A stretch of DNA of 64,000 nt. It comes from Anthoceros angustus (lineage: Eukaryota > Plantae > Anthocerotophyta). The stretch covers positions 2,344,776-2,408,775 of the forward strand of contig VJWM01000044.1 in assembly GCA_010909165.1 (NCBI GenBank), given 5' to 3'. Every line of letters begins with the position of its first letter. The stretch's first letter is position 1. A program made the position numbers and the translations under genes. The notes beneath the pieces are model-generated. The model saw nothing but the letters and a program-made list of their open reading frames with translations, was not told where the DNA came from and searched no databases. Below are positions 8,809-20,280 of the stretch, one piece after another.

Positions 8809-11359
8809 GCATAGCACCTGCGTGCCTGCGTAGCCCGCACATCTGAAGGCCTCAGAAGGGGTACAGCGCCGGCTAGAGAGATTCCCGGTTTGACTGTGCC
8901 TTCCCGCAATATCGCTTCCAGGCCAGATGGCTGCGGGCTGCTTGAAACGCTTGCAATTGAAAGTTGCAGGCTGTATGTACAATCATGTATTCTCTCATAA
9001 GAATTCGAGCGGAAGAGAAGTCTGAAGCTCTAGTTTGCGCGACATATAACACAGCCTCCCGACAATCTTCGATTCTCCCTCGAGAGTCCCTGCCTTCACT
9101 CCTCAGCTCTAACGGCGTTTTCAAGACTGGCTCTGACAAATAGACAGTAGTTTCCTTTCACATAGGAAATACATATCTGAGTATGGACAAGGGGCATGCG
9201 TAGATCTGACTGATGGAGACCACTGCCAGCACACCTCCTGCCTCCGTTATACGGAAGTGACATGCCGGACCCACGCTGACCTAAAGATATCTAAAAGCTT
9301 TCTTCGCTTGGAAGTAGACTACACTATTTCCTGAGGGCCTATCGCATGGGTCTTCCAGAGGGCGGAGCTTGTGCACAGTCAAGATGATGAAGGATATAGA
9401 CCGGCTGACGCTTTCCTTGTCTGCATTCGGAGTTGGAAATATCTAGAACTGTAGATGGAGGGAATGAAAGGAAAGTTGGGGGGCAAGTTTTCAACTTTGC
9501 AGTTCAAGGCTACAGGGAGCTCAGGAAGCTACAGAGTACAGACGTCTCATGCACAACACATGTTATTAAAGCTTCCTTCATGAGAGACGACGCATGCGTA
9601 TTGTGTGTCGCTGCTGCACTGTCAGGTGCATTCAGACTGTGAGGTGTCAGAATCAGCGATGGCCACTTCACCAACAGCACCACCAGGCATTATCAACACT
9701 GCATTGAGGCAGGAGTCTGATTGGAAGCCTATGCTGCAACGGAAGCGAGAAAAGACGAACAAAGCCCGAAATGCGAGGAAATGGCAGAAGCTGAACGTTC
9801 ATAAGCTGACAATGAGATTCGCAATCGAGGATATGTGGGAAGAGAAACCTCGCCAGAAGCTAAAAATAGACGAGGCTGTCCTTCCGAAGCGGGCTCCAGG
9901 TCTCCTCACCACTCCAACTCGCTTATGAGTTATTACCCGATGGCCAACGCTGGGCCGTGCTATCAACAAGGCCACGTCATCGTCCTTAAAAAACCGGGTG
10001 GACCGGGAAAAAGCCCAGAAACGCGGCGCTTCGATGTGAATGGGGTCTCCCGGCCCTCGGCCTCGGGAGAAGAGCCCTAATTTGTGATTTGTGCAGGAAG
10101 CTGTGCTCACAACGAGGGTGGACAGGGACATGGCTAACAGATGTCGATCTTGCAGGTGCAAGGCGCGACACATCATGTGCTCGCGATGGACGAATGTGAG
10201 GCCTGATCACGCTACTCCTGCACCTCCCGCGCCCCTCGCTCCACTGTCCTGGAAGGTGCGAGAGGTGCGGGAGTAGTGTGATATGCCTTGCGTGGGCAGG
10301 CGGAGCATTATGCAGTTGCAAAGCAAGAGAGCCCTCTTGACCGGTTCTCCGTCATCTCCAGCGTCCGCCATGGCAAGTAAGCAGTCCGGAGCGCTGGCTG
10401 GGGAGCTGCTGTTTCCGACTGGCAACGCAGGACACAGGCCTGTTGTTGACTGTCGAAGGCACTCACAGTGTTCCAGTATTTCGGGGGTTTTCCAGGAGAG
10501 TAGAACTGGAAAATGTAGTGACTCGTGTGTGATGGTAGGGGCAACCTTCCCAATATAGCACCCATTCCTGACATCCTGAACTTGTCCAGGCGTCCAGTCT
10601 GGCTGTGCTCGAACATATGGTGGAATGCTGCTTTTCAAGGGATGGAATCTGGAAAGCTTTCACCCGGAATGGATACCGGATTTATCCACGGTCGTTGTCG
10701 GGTTATTTACTTCTCTACTTGTGGCCAGATTCCACACCGTTCACATGGGCTTTGCGGACGGGTTCAAGACTCCGAAGTTTTCCGGGCAGCGATTTGCCAA
10801 GCAAGTCATTAGGGGATATTCCTACATGGCCTCCTCACCACATATCATTGAGTTCCCTGCTGGCCTGTGTACAGCGCCAGCCTGTCGGTAATGCTTGCTG
10901 CAGGTGTCTGAGTATGCAGGTGTCTGAGTCTGAGACGTCTCCTTTCCCTGTGGTGTGGATCGAGCGGGGGGCGTGTTTTCAAGGAACTGTAAACAAAAGC
11001 AGCCGAAGGGACCATGTCATTCTGCAAGGGGTACAATTCGCTACTCCAGGAGGGCAGCGCTGCAAAGAGCCTGCTGGGCCGGGGCAGATGGAGGTGCTGA
11101 CCTGCTGACCGGGAAGGGCATCATCTGAGAAGCTGTACCTAACCTATCTAGGCACCATATAAGAAGATATATGATACTTAAGAAGATATATGATACTCTT
11201 GGCTACGGCTGTACCTACAAAGTGCAGCTCTACATAGGAGAATTATGGACACCATTCCACAGCTAATGACAAGCAGCAAAATGATGCATAAATCATATAT
11301 ATAGGTAGTTAAAATGATGCATAAATTATATATGTAGGTAGTTATGCATATATAATCAC

Positions 11360-12960
11360 TTTATTAAAAAAAGAGATAAAAACCCCATCTACCCCCAACA
11401 CACACAAGGGGGATAATCCATTAAAGGGCCAAGGAGGACAACCCATTAAAGGGCTAGAGGAATTAACCCATTAAAGGGCCAGAGGAATAACCCATTAAAG
11501 GGCCAAGAGTCAGGGGCCAAGGGGGGATAACCCATTAAAGGGCCAATGGGGATAACCCATCAAAGGGCCAATGGGGATAACCCATTAAAGGGCCAATGGG
11601 GATAACCCATTAAAGGACCAATGGGGATAACCCATTAAAGGACCAATGGGGATAACCCATTAAAGGGCCAATGGGGATAACCCATTAAAGGGCCAATGGG
11701 GATAACCCATTAAAGGGCCAAGAGCCAAGGTGCAAGGGGGGATAACTCATTAAAGGGCCAAGAACTAGGGGGCTAGCCCCCCGAATGCTAGCCCCCACGA
11801 ATGCCAACCCCCACGAATGCCAACCCCGAAGAGGGGGGATAACTCATTAAAGGGCCAGGAGCCAGGGGGGCTAGCTCAAACGAATGCAAACCCTGAAGCT
11901 ACTTGACACCCCGATGATGTTGTGGTCTAAGATAAGAAAAGGCATATCTACAACTGGTGTCAATGACGCCACGTCTCCTGCGCTCGTTGCCGTCTGTAAA
12001 TAGCGTTGGCCAATGCCCTCTACAAGGCGATGAATACCCGCTGTCGAAAGAAAGCCACCACCGAGGAAAGAGGGAGACCCACCCTGTTCCGACGATTGTG
12101 GCAGGCTTTAGCACAATCCTTAATGAGCTGGGAAAAATCCTTCCCCATAGCCCCGTGAGTCGCACTAGCCAGGGGGATGAACGTTGATTATGACCTGCTT
12201 GCAAATGGAGTTCCGGGTAGGGTCCGTTACGACGGCATCCGCAACATAGATTTGGTCCCACAATTAGAAATAGATTCACCCTGAGCGACATCCCATTGCA
12301 CAGGGTATGTGAAGGCTCCCTATATGGAAAATAACCGCTCTTCTTGGCCACTGAGAACATGATGTCGCGAACGGCGTCAGGCGTAGCGATACGGTGCCCT
12401 CCATTGGATTAAGAAACGAATGGTGAAGACGGGGGCAGAGAGGGCCCACCCCACAAGGAATGGGAGGGAGCCACCGTCCTGGTGAGGTAACCTAGCCGAC
12501 ACGCGAAGCAGGACAAAAGGATGCCAACATGGGCCAAGTCCTCCTTCAAAGCCTCATCCAAAAAACTCTATCTACAAGCCGGAAGTCCAACGGGGACCCC
12601 TTAGACGCAAATTCCTTGCGAAGGAACAATCTCCTCCCCATGAAATTGAAGAGAGGGAGTAATGCTAGACAGGGACCAAACCTTGCACTTTAGAATATTG
12701 ACCCTCAAACCATGGTTCAAAAAGCGTTCTCGACGTCCACCTACAAGGCGACCCAGTCTTGATGCAACTCTCGAACCGCGACGATACCAAACGTGGCCAA
12801 CTCATAACCCCTCGAAACTAGTGGCAATCCTAAATTGGTGGGGGTAAAGATGATCCAAGGTCTGGAGAATTGCCACAAGAGCTTTCACCTTAGAAGCTGG
12901 CCAAGCTACGAGAGAAGGTGGCTTGGTACTATTGGAAGGAGGACATAATGTATCCCATGA
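11360..12960 (-). mobile_element. Degenerate, internally deleted non-LTR retrotransposon of the restriction-like-endonuclease (CRE-like) type
   Basis: Minus-strand fragments with stops and frameshifts: RT pieces DWVAL*VDVENAF and GLRVNILKCKVWS...GVPVG; zinc-knuckle remnant then GGHRIATPDAVRDIMFSVAK; RLE pieces YVADAVVTDPTR, FIPLASATHG, FRQRVFIAL*RA. Boundaries approximate. Confidence 0.75.
11410..11860. repeat. 25-bp tandem array (GATAACCCATTAAAGGGCCAATGGG), 8 near-perfect plus about 6 degenerate copies
   Basis: Core copies at about 11526-11720; degenerate copies with variable linkers on both sides. Confidence 0.92.
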
Positions 12961-13244
12961 AGAGCTATTAATATCAGATATGACTTAATTAACTATGATT
13001 GTGTAAGGCCTACAAATAGCAGTATGGTTTAAGGAAGTATATAAAAAACTTAATTCCTTTTTATCTATCAGATTTTAATCAGTAAAAGCTTCTCTTGCAA
13101 TAAACTGCTTAATCAGTCTTACATTCCTCTTTTCCATTCTATTGTGGACTAGGTAATGAAGTTGGATCTTAATCAGAACAGGATTGTACCACGACAAGGA
13201 AGAAGATTCAAGATATAAATAAAATTTCTCTCCCAATTTTTCTG

Positions 13245-13561
13245 CGGGAGATAGAATCGTACCCAAGCCGAAGGACCGGGTGAGACTCATCACCCAAGTG
13301 CATTTTGGGCACTATAGCATGCTCAGGCCCACACACTTCTGGGCAAGGATGTATGGAGATGTGGAAAGGTTGATCGCAAAATGTAGAGTGTGCGACTGAG
13401 TGAAGGCAAGGTTCACAGTCAATAATGTTGTGCTTTACTCTCTGCCGATCCGAGGACTCTTCTACTGGTGGAGTGTGGATCTCATTCCAAACATGCCGGA
13501 GACGTGTATTGGAAATAAGCATGTCATGCGAATGGTGGAGCATTTCAGCAAGTGGTGCAAG
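13245..13561 (+). mobile_element. Ty3/gypsy integrase, N-terminal part (interrupted by copia)
   Basis: RIVPKPKDRVRLITQVHFGH...CRVCD*VKARF (HHCC zinc finger) and LPIRGLFYWWSVDL...MVEHFSKWCK; frame continues at 18576. Confidence 0.85.
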
Positions 13562-13804
13562 TGAAGGATCGTGTGGCAGCCCATGATGGTGGAAAGAGGA
13601 GGGGAGAGGAGGAAGCAAATGTATCTCTCACATTGAGATGAGGGCTCTGGGGGTATTTATACCCTTCAGCAGGGCTCCCTAGGAAGCTCCACAAGAAGCC
13701 CCTAGGAAGGAGCACAGAAGCTTCCTAGTGATTAGCTACTAAACCGACACCTAACTTAGACTAAGTGTATTAGTCTAAGTACATTGGGCTTTAATACCCT
13801 TACA
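13562..13804 (-). repeat. 3' LTR of the copia element (243 bp)
   Basis: TGAAGGATCG...CCCTTACA; polypurine tract adjacent (13805-13815, AAGTGGGAGGT on minus). Confidence 0.95.
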
Positions 13805-16800
13805 ACCTCCCACTTAAAGGCCAATTTACCTTCGAGAAGAATGGACTACCTCATGCCCATCGTTGTCCGAGCTTGTGCAAATTGCTCGTAGAGAGTCCCT
13901 TGGTAAGAATATCTCAGGTTCGCCGGTGTGAACCTTGACAAGTTGTACCCTCTTGTCATCCAACACCTCTCGAATGAAGTGATACTTCACATCCACATGT
14001 TTAGTCTTCGCATGAAACATTGGATTCTTTGCCAATTGATAGCACTGCTATCACAATGCAACACCGGCACTCAACCTTGATCCCCAAGTCTCCCACTAAA
14101 CGAGCAAGCCATATGGCTTCCTTGCAAGCCTCGATTCGCAACATACTCAGCCTCTGTGGTAGATAGCGAATGCACGATCGCAAACGAGATCGCCATGAGA
14201 TCGCCCTCCAAAGGCACATGAAGACATAACGATGTGGACCTCCTTTTGTCCATATCCCTGCATAATCGCATCATGTACCCAACCACATGCATCTTCACTA
14301 CCAAAACATATGCACAAAGCTTTTGTACCATTCTATACCTCATAACTCCTTTTCGCCTCCCAATGCTTCTTGCTGTGGTTTGACATAAACTCGCTAACCA
14401 CTCCCACCGCAAAGGCAATGTCGGACGTAGCAATCATTGCATACATCAAACTCCCTACACCGATGAGTATGGGACCTTCTCCATTTCGACTTTGTCCTCC
14501 TCGTAGCTTGGGCAATCCGCTTGAAAGTTTCACATATGGAGGCAATGGAGTACCCAATGGCTTCCCTTCTCCATGTTGAAACGTTGAAGCACTGTAATGT
14601 ATTCTCGAGACAAATAAAGGACGCTTATGTCTACGACGAATACGCATGCCAAGTATATGGCTCGCCTCTCCCAAGTCTGTCATTTCAAAGTGAGCATTCA
14701 ACTTTGACTTCAACAAAATCTCATCATCTGCTCCAAAGAATTAGCATATCATCCACATAGAGGATCAAAATGAGCAAGCTTTGATCCTTAGCTTGCTTCA
14801 GATAGAGGCAATGATCCTCATCGCTACGTTTGTAGCCTTGAGAAAGCATAAATGAGTGGAACTTGTGATACCACTCTCGGGTGCTGTTTCAAACCATAAA
14901 GGCTCTTCCTCAACCTCGCACACCGATTCTCTTTGCCCTTCTCAACAAAACCTTCCGTTGTCGCATGTAGACGCCCTCTTGAAGGTCACCATGCAAGAAT
15001 GCCGCCTTGACATCCATCATACAAGTTCCATATCATTCGCAACCAAAGCAAGAACACATCGCAAAGTTGTCATTTTGACTCGGTGAGAAAATCTCATCAA
15101 AGTCAATGCCTGTTGTTGCTTGAAACCCTTAGCAACCAATCGTGCCTTGTACTTTGGTTTGCCATCAAGGGTATGACCTTCATCTTGTACACCCATTTGC
15201 ACCAGAGTGCCTTCTTATCCTAAACGAACCAACTCCCAAGTTTGGTTCTTATGCAATTCATTTATGCATGGCCTTCTCCCACTTCTTTGTTACTCATTGA
15301 CATGGCCTCTTTGTAAGAAGAGGGTTCCCCACAATCTGTCGGTGACATAATCCGAGATGGATCATACATCGGGAGGTCGTGTAATCTGACCCCACCTCGA
15401 GCACCTCTATAGGAGCTTGTTCGACTCTTGGTTCATCTACCGGTGGAGGAATGTGCTCTGCACATTACCAGTTATCAACGCCCATGATGATCATGTCCAT
15501 CTTCTTGGAAGATCACCCTTCGCACCTCCACGGTTGGAGTAGGCTTCTGCATCTTGTTCTCATTGAAGAACACGTCGTTAGTACGAACAACCTTTCTAGC
15601 CTCTGGATCCACAAGCGGTATCCCATCTCACGAATCACCATAGCCAAGAAAAATACATTTCTTGGACTTAGGTGCCAACTTGTCCCGAAACTCTTTTGGA
15701 ACATGGCGGTATGCCTCACAAACACTCGCAGATGCTTGTAGGATGGTTTCTTTCCGCACCATAGCTCCTCGAACCGCTATCAAATTTTATTAGGAGATCT
15801 GTTAATAAGATGAATTGCAGTAGACACTGCTTGCCCAAAACCCATTAGGCAATCCGTAGTTTGACAACAAAACCACGCATCCTCTCACGAATGGTTACAT
15901 TCATCCGCTCCCACACCATTTTGTGGAGGAGTATACGGCGCAATTCTCTTTTGATTCCCTTGGAATCACGTAATGACCGAAAGCTGAAACATACTCTCCA
16001 CCATTATCTGTCCTTAGACACTTCAATCGGTGGCCAGACTGATTCTCTACAAGGGTGACAAATTTCTGAAACACCGTCAGAACTTCATCCTTTTTCCTCA
16101 AAGGATAAACCCACACCTTGCGTGAGAAATCATCTATGAAAGTGACAAAATAGGAGGCACCGCCTAATGATGCAGTAGGCATAGGTCCACATACATCACT
16201 GTGAACCAACTCAAGAGGTTTACTCCTACCTTTACCTCTTGTTCGATGTGATGATTTTGTCTGTTTCCCATATAAACAGTGCTCACACATCGAGAGATCA
16301 GAGAAGTTAAGAACAGGGATATAACCAGAACGAGATAAAACCTTCATTCCCTTCTCGAGACATATGTCCTAACCGCAATGCCACAAGGAAACATTTGGCT
16401 GCTCTGACCGATTATATGATCTTTGGCGGTGTTTACAAGTGAGTACAAAGTGCCACACTTGATCCACGAGCTAACACAAGAGAACCTTTGGAGATCTTCC
16501 AAGAGTGATCCCCAAAACCAAAGGTAACCAAAGATCATCCAACCGCCCCGCTAATCATGCTTTTGTCAACTTCGAACATGCCTAACGCCCTTCAAAGATG
16601 AATGAAGATCCGTTGTCAAACTTGAGTTGCACATCACCAACGCGATCCGCATGCATAGTTATTTCCAAGCCTAACACATCCTTTCCTTGTAGCATCATAC
16701 GCTTAAACCACTCTATGAGGAGTAACATGGAAAGATGCACCGAGTCAATTATCCAATTGCAGAATAAATGACTATCCACGGTTAATTGTGCAGCATTCAA

Positions 16801-18307
16801 GTAAGAAGAGATAAGGACATCTCCGTCCTCAACATAATTTAACTCTTCCAACCTGACATTCGAAGTCGCCTTCTTGTCGCCCTGCTTCTTCCTTGGTCCT
16901 TTTGAACTTCTCGCACTCTTTTGAAGTGACCCCTTTTGTGACAATAGTGACACTCCACATTCTTGTTACGACTACGAGATTTGCTACGAGAAAGCTTCTG
17001 TCCGGTTGCTTCCCCTTCGCAGTGGACCTGCCTCTCACTATGAGGGCACTGGAACCTTTGGAAGGTTCCATATTTTTCCTGTTCACCTCCTCAGTTAACA
17101 GGCTACCTTCTACATTTACAATGGTAAGACCACTAGCGAGGCGAGTACTCGTGTCTGAAAGGTGTCCCAACTCTCGTAATGTGACCAGCGAAACATAGCT
17201 CTCACTAACTGGGAATGTGATACCTTGAGATGAGAGTCATAAAATGGTATTGAACATCCTCGTCCCTTCCTTCATCTTCAAGTCCACCACCGTTTCAACC
17301 AATACACCGAGAAGCCGCACTTTGCTTCTCATACAGTCACATACCGCCACATCAGTAACTCGTGGTCTTATCTTTCACATTGAAGTACACTGCTTTTGAC
17401 AATGTTAGCATGATAGTAGATCTAGCAAGCTCATCCAGTCCCGCCACTCATCCCGGGTCATACTATCTGGTTTGACGCCTAACAGCTTTATGGGCTTGAT
17501 CTGCTTTTTCTGCACTAGAACATTATACACTTGTTCTTTCCAGAACGGGAAGTTAGTACCATCTAACTTCTCGATATTGAACATGACGTTTTCTGATGAT
17601 GAAGACATCATGATTCAAAAATCGATACAGATGAAACACTCGACTCGCCTTGTTAGAAAAGTCAAAAAATTGTTTTGTAATATAGAAACTGTAAGTTACC
17701 GTTGTGGTAATTATGCCTTGTTTTCGTCGCCCGTATGCACCGCCTGTGGCTCACTTGTCGGCGGGTCACAGTGGAGTTGAAAATTTTCTCTCAACGACGC
17801 AAATCCCAACGTTGAGGGTCCCACCATTGCGGGTCCCACCATCGTGCGGCCCGTGTATTGTGCCGCTGATCGCTTTCGCCGAATATTCGCTCGTCACCGC
17901 GCTCGGCACCCGCGCGATTATTTTGCGCTGCCTGGGCTTCGCGGCCCGCCACCGCCTCGCCCCGCGCATTCGCCGCTGGGCGCTCGCCCCGCTCGCCCCG
18001 CGCGCCTCGCCCGCGCGCTCGCCGGCCGCCCGCCGCGGCCTCGCCCCGCGGCCTCGCCCCGCGCGCCTCGCCCCGCGCTCGCCCCGCGGCGCTCGCCGGC
18101 CGCCCGCGCCGTGTCCATGCCACCGCCGTGCCCGCACGGCCTTCCCCACCACGCCTACGAGGCCTTGCCGCGTTCGCGGCCTCGCCCCGCTCGCGGCCTG
18201 CCGCGGCGTTTGCAGCCCTCGCCGCGATATGGATCACCTGCAATTCCACGAGCTGCTGCCAGCCCTGCAGCTAGAATCTTCTAGCATCACAACACAACCA
18301 GACCAAA

Positions 18308-18319
18308 GCTCTGATACCA
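18308..18319 (-). promoter_or_regulatory. Primer-binding site complementary to initiator tRNA-Met
   Basis: TGGTATCAGAGC on the minus strand, 2 nt from the 5' LTR. Confidence 0.93.
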
Positions 18320-18321
18320 GT

Positions 18322-18570
18322 TGAAGGATCGTGTGGCAGCCCATGATGGTGGAAAGAGGAGAGGAGAGGAGGAAGCAAATGTATCTCTCACATTGAGATG
18401 AGGGCTCTAGGGGTTTTTATACCCTTCAGCAGGGCTCCCTAGGAAGCTCCGCAAGAAGCCCCTAGGAAACAGCGTAAGAAGCTTCCTAGTTATTAGCTTC
18501 AGCTAAACTAATGACACCTAACTAAGACTAAGCGTATTAGTCTAAGTACATTGGCTTTAATACCCTTACA
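18322..18570 (-). repeat. 5' LTR of the copia element (249 bp)
   Basis: Roughly 90% identical by eye to 13562-13804; TG...CA termini. Confidence 0.95.
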
Positions 18571-18575
18571 GCAAG

Positions 18576-19523
18576 GTTGTCATCTTACCCAAGCACGACT
18601 CTCGACATATCAGTAAGGCATTTTTGGCTTCCGTTCTTAGTCGGTATGGAGCATGTACAGAGCTTTTCACTAACCACGGCAAAAAATTCCGTGGGTTTCA
18701 AGACTTGCTTGATAGGAGCTTGATTGATTATCGACGGACGTCGAGAGATCATCCTCAAGCCGATGGACTTGCTAAACACTTGGTGCAAACCTTCAAGCGA
18801 ACCTTGCGAAAGTATTGTCTCATGAATGACTCGAAGATATGGGATGAAGGGATGTCATTCCTAGTGGTAGGGTACAAGGTGAGCAATCAAGCAACCTTGA
18901 GTAACTTTTCAAAGTTGTATGGGCGACAACCATTTTTGCTAAAAGTGAGGCAAGCAAGGCTATAAGCACCAGTGGATTGGTGCAATCTGGATAACTGCCT
19001 ACGAGACTTAGAAAGACGGGCTGGGCTTTTTAGACGGATCATGCCTATGGCAATGGAGAACCTTGCCATAAGGCAGCACAAGGATCAACTGCTCTATGCT
19101 TACACAAGAGGAGGGACATGGAAACCCAAGGTGCGCAAGTTCGAAGTTAGAGACTATATCCACTTGCATCGGAAGGCAGCCAACACCTTGGAGGTATCCA
19201 CCAATGGAGTCATTTTACGGGCCGTGCGAGTAAGCAAAGATGGAGTACTAGTGCTTGAGCTCGAAGGATCCAATGGCTGAAGATAGAAGGATCACTTCAA
19301 GAACTGCGCACCATGCCACTTACCCAATTTGCACCCTCAACTGTAGCCTACAATGTGGCGTTCACCCAAAGACTTGGAGTGTGAGGTTTGTGTACGTATT
19401 GATGATGATGATGTGATGCTTCTTTGTGATCGATGTAATAGGGGATACCATATGTTTTGTGTTCAATCACCTCTGGACAACATTCATGAAGAAGATTGGT
19501 TTTGTGCACAATGCGCAACATGA
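18576..19523 (+). mobile_element. Ty3/gypsy integrase core and C-terminus followed by a PHD finger
   Basis: VLSRYGACTELFTNHG...RRTSRDHPQADGLAKHLVQTFK, YAYTRGGTWKPKVRKFEVRDY, KNCAPCHLPNL, then CEVC...LLCDRCNRGYHMFC...WFCAQC* (C4HC3). Confidence 0.88.
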
Positions 19524-20026
19524 GATGCGTACGTGCGTAGTCCTACAAATAAGAATGTTTGATTTGGAGTCTCACATTATCAAGGGGTTTGGTTTGCACC
19601 TATACTTGCGTATTAGATTTGTTTTGCTTGGTTATCTATTGAGGAAGTGCTCATATGAATGCAAGTGCTTACCTCGTGCGACAGCTATCATGTCATGTGA
19701 CACTAATCTCTGCACTTGGGTTTAGTGTTTGATTAGCATTAATAAATCTAATCACTCATCTTTAAGTAAGTAATTAGCATTAATAATATAAAGTATTTAT
19801 GTTAATTAAGAGTTGATTAATGTTAATTAAACATGGTTAGCAATAGCTAAGTGGATAAGCATAACTAATATGCTTTAGCATGTTCGTTGCATATTATAGT
19901 GTATTCTTAGGATATTTCCGGCATATGCTAATGCCAATAGAATATCTTAGGAATAGGCCGATGCCAAGGGCTACTATATATTGACCCTTTCCCAGAGGAC
20001 AAGCTGAGATCATGGCTTGTCCTTTG

Positions 20027-20280
20027 GATATGCAATGCAAGAGTGTTATGAGGAGACCCTCTAAATATGCAATGCAAGAATGTTGTGAGGAGACCCTCTT
20101 GATATGCAATGCAAGGGTGTTGTGAGGACGCCCTCTAGATATGCAATGCAAGGGTGTTGTGAGGAGGCCCTCTAGATATGCAATGCCAGGGTGTTGTGAG
20201 GAGGCCCTCTAGATATGCAATGCAAGGGTGTTGTGAGGAGGCCCTCTAGATATGCAATGCAAGGGTGTTGTGAGGAGGCC
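20027..20280. repeat. 37-bp tandem array, about 7 copies (GATATGCAATGCAAGGGTGTTGTGAGGAGGCCCTCTA)
   Basis: Units start at 20027, 20064, 20101, 20138, 20175, 20212 and 20249. Confidence 0.93.

Larger units (their letters stand above)
13562..18570 (-). mobile_element. Full-length Ty1/copia LTR retrotransposon with frameshifted gag-pol
   Basis: Paired TG...CA LTRs, 5-bp target duplication GCAAG (13557-13561, 18571-18575); gag EKLDGTNFPFWK, integrase LVHSDVCGP...FIDDFSRKVW...LRTDNGGEY, RT KYKARLVAKGF and LYVDDML, RNase H STTEAEYVA and TKHVDVKYHFIRE in INT-RT-RH order. Confidence 0.96.

Noticed and set aside
11410-11890. CRISPR-like appearance (palindromic repeat with variable linkers)
   Set aside because: Core units are head to tail with no unique spacers, linkers derive from the repeat itself, there are no cas genes, and the context is a eukaryotic retroelement UTR.
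17704-18324. Arg/Ala/Pro-rich ORFs on both strands in the copia leader
   Set aside because: Stop-poor GC-rich low-complexity sequence; no domain signal.
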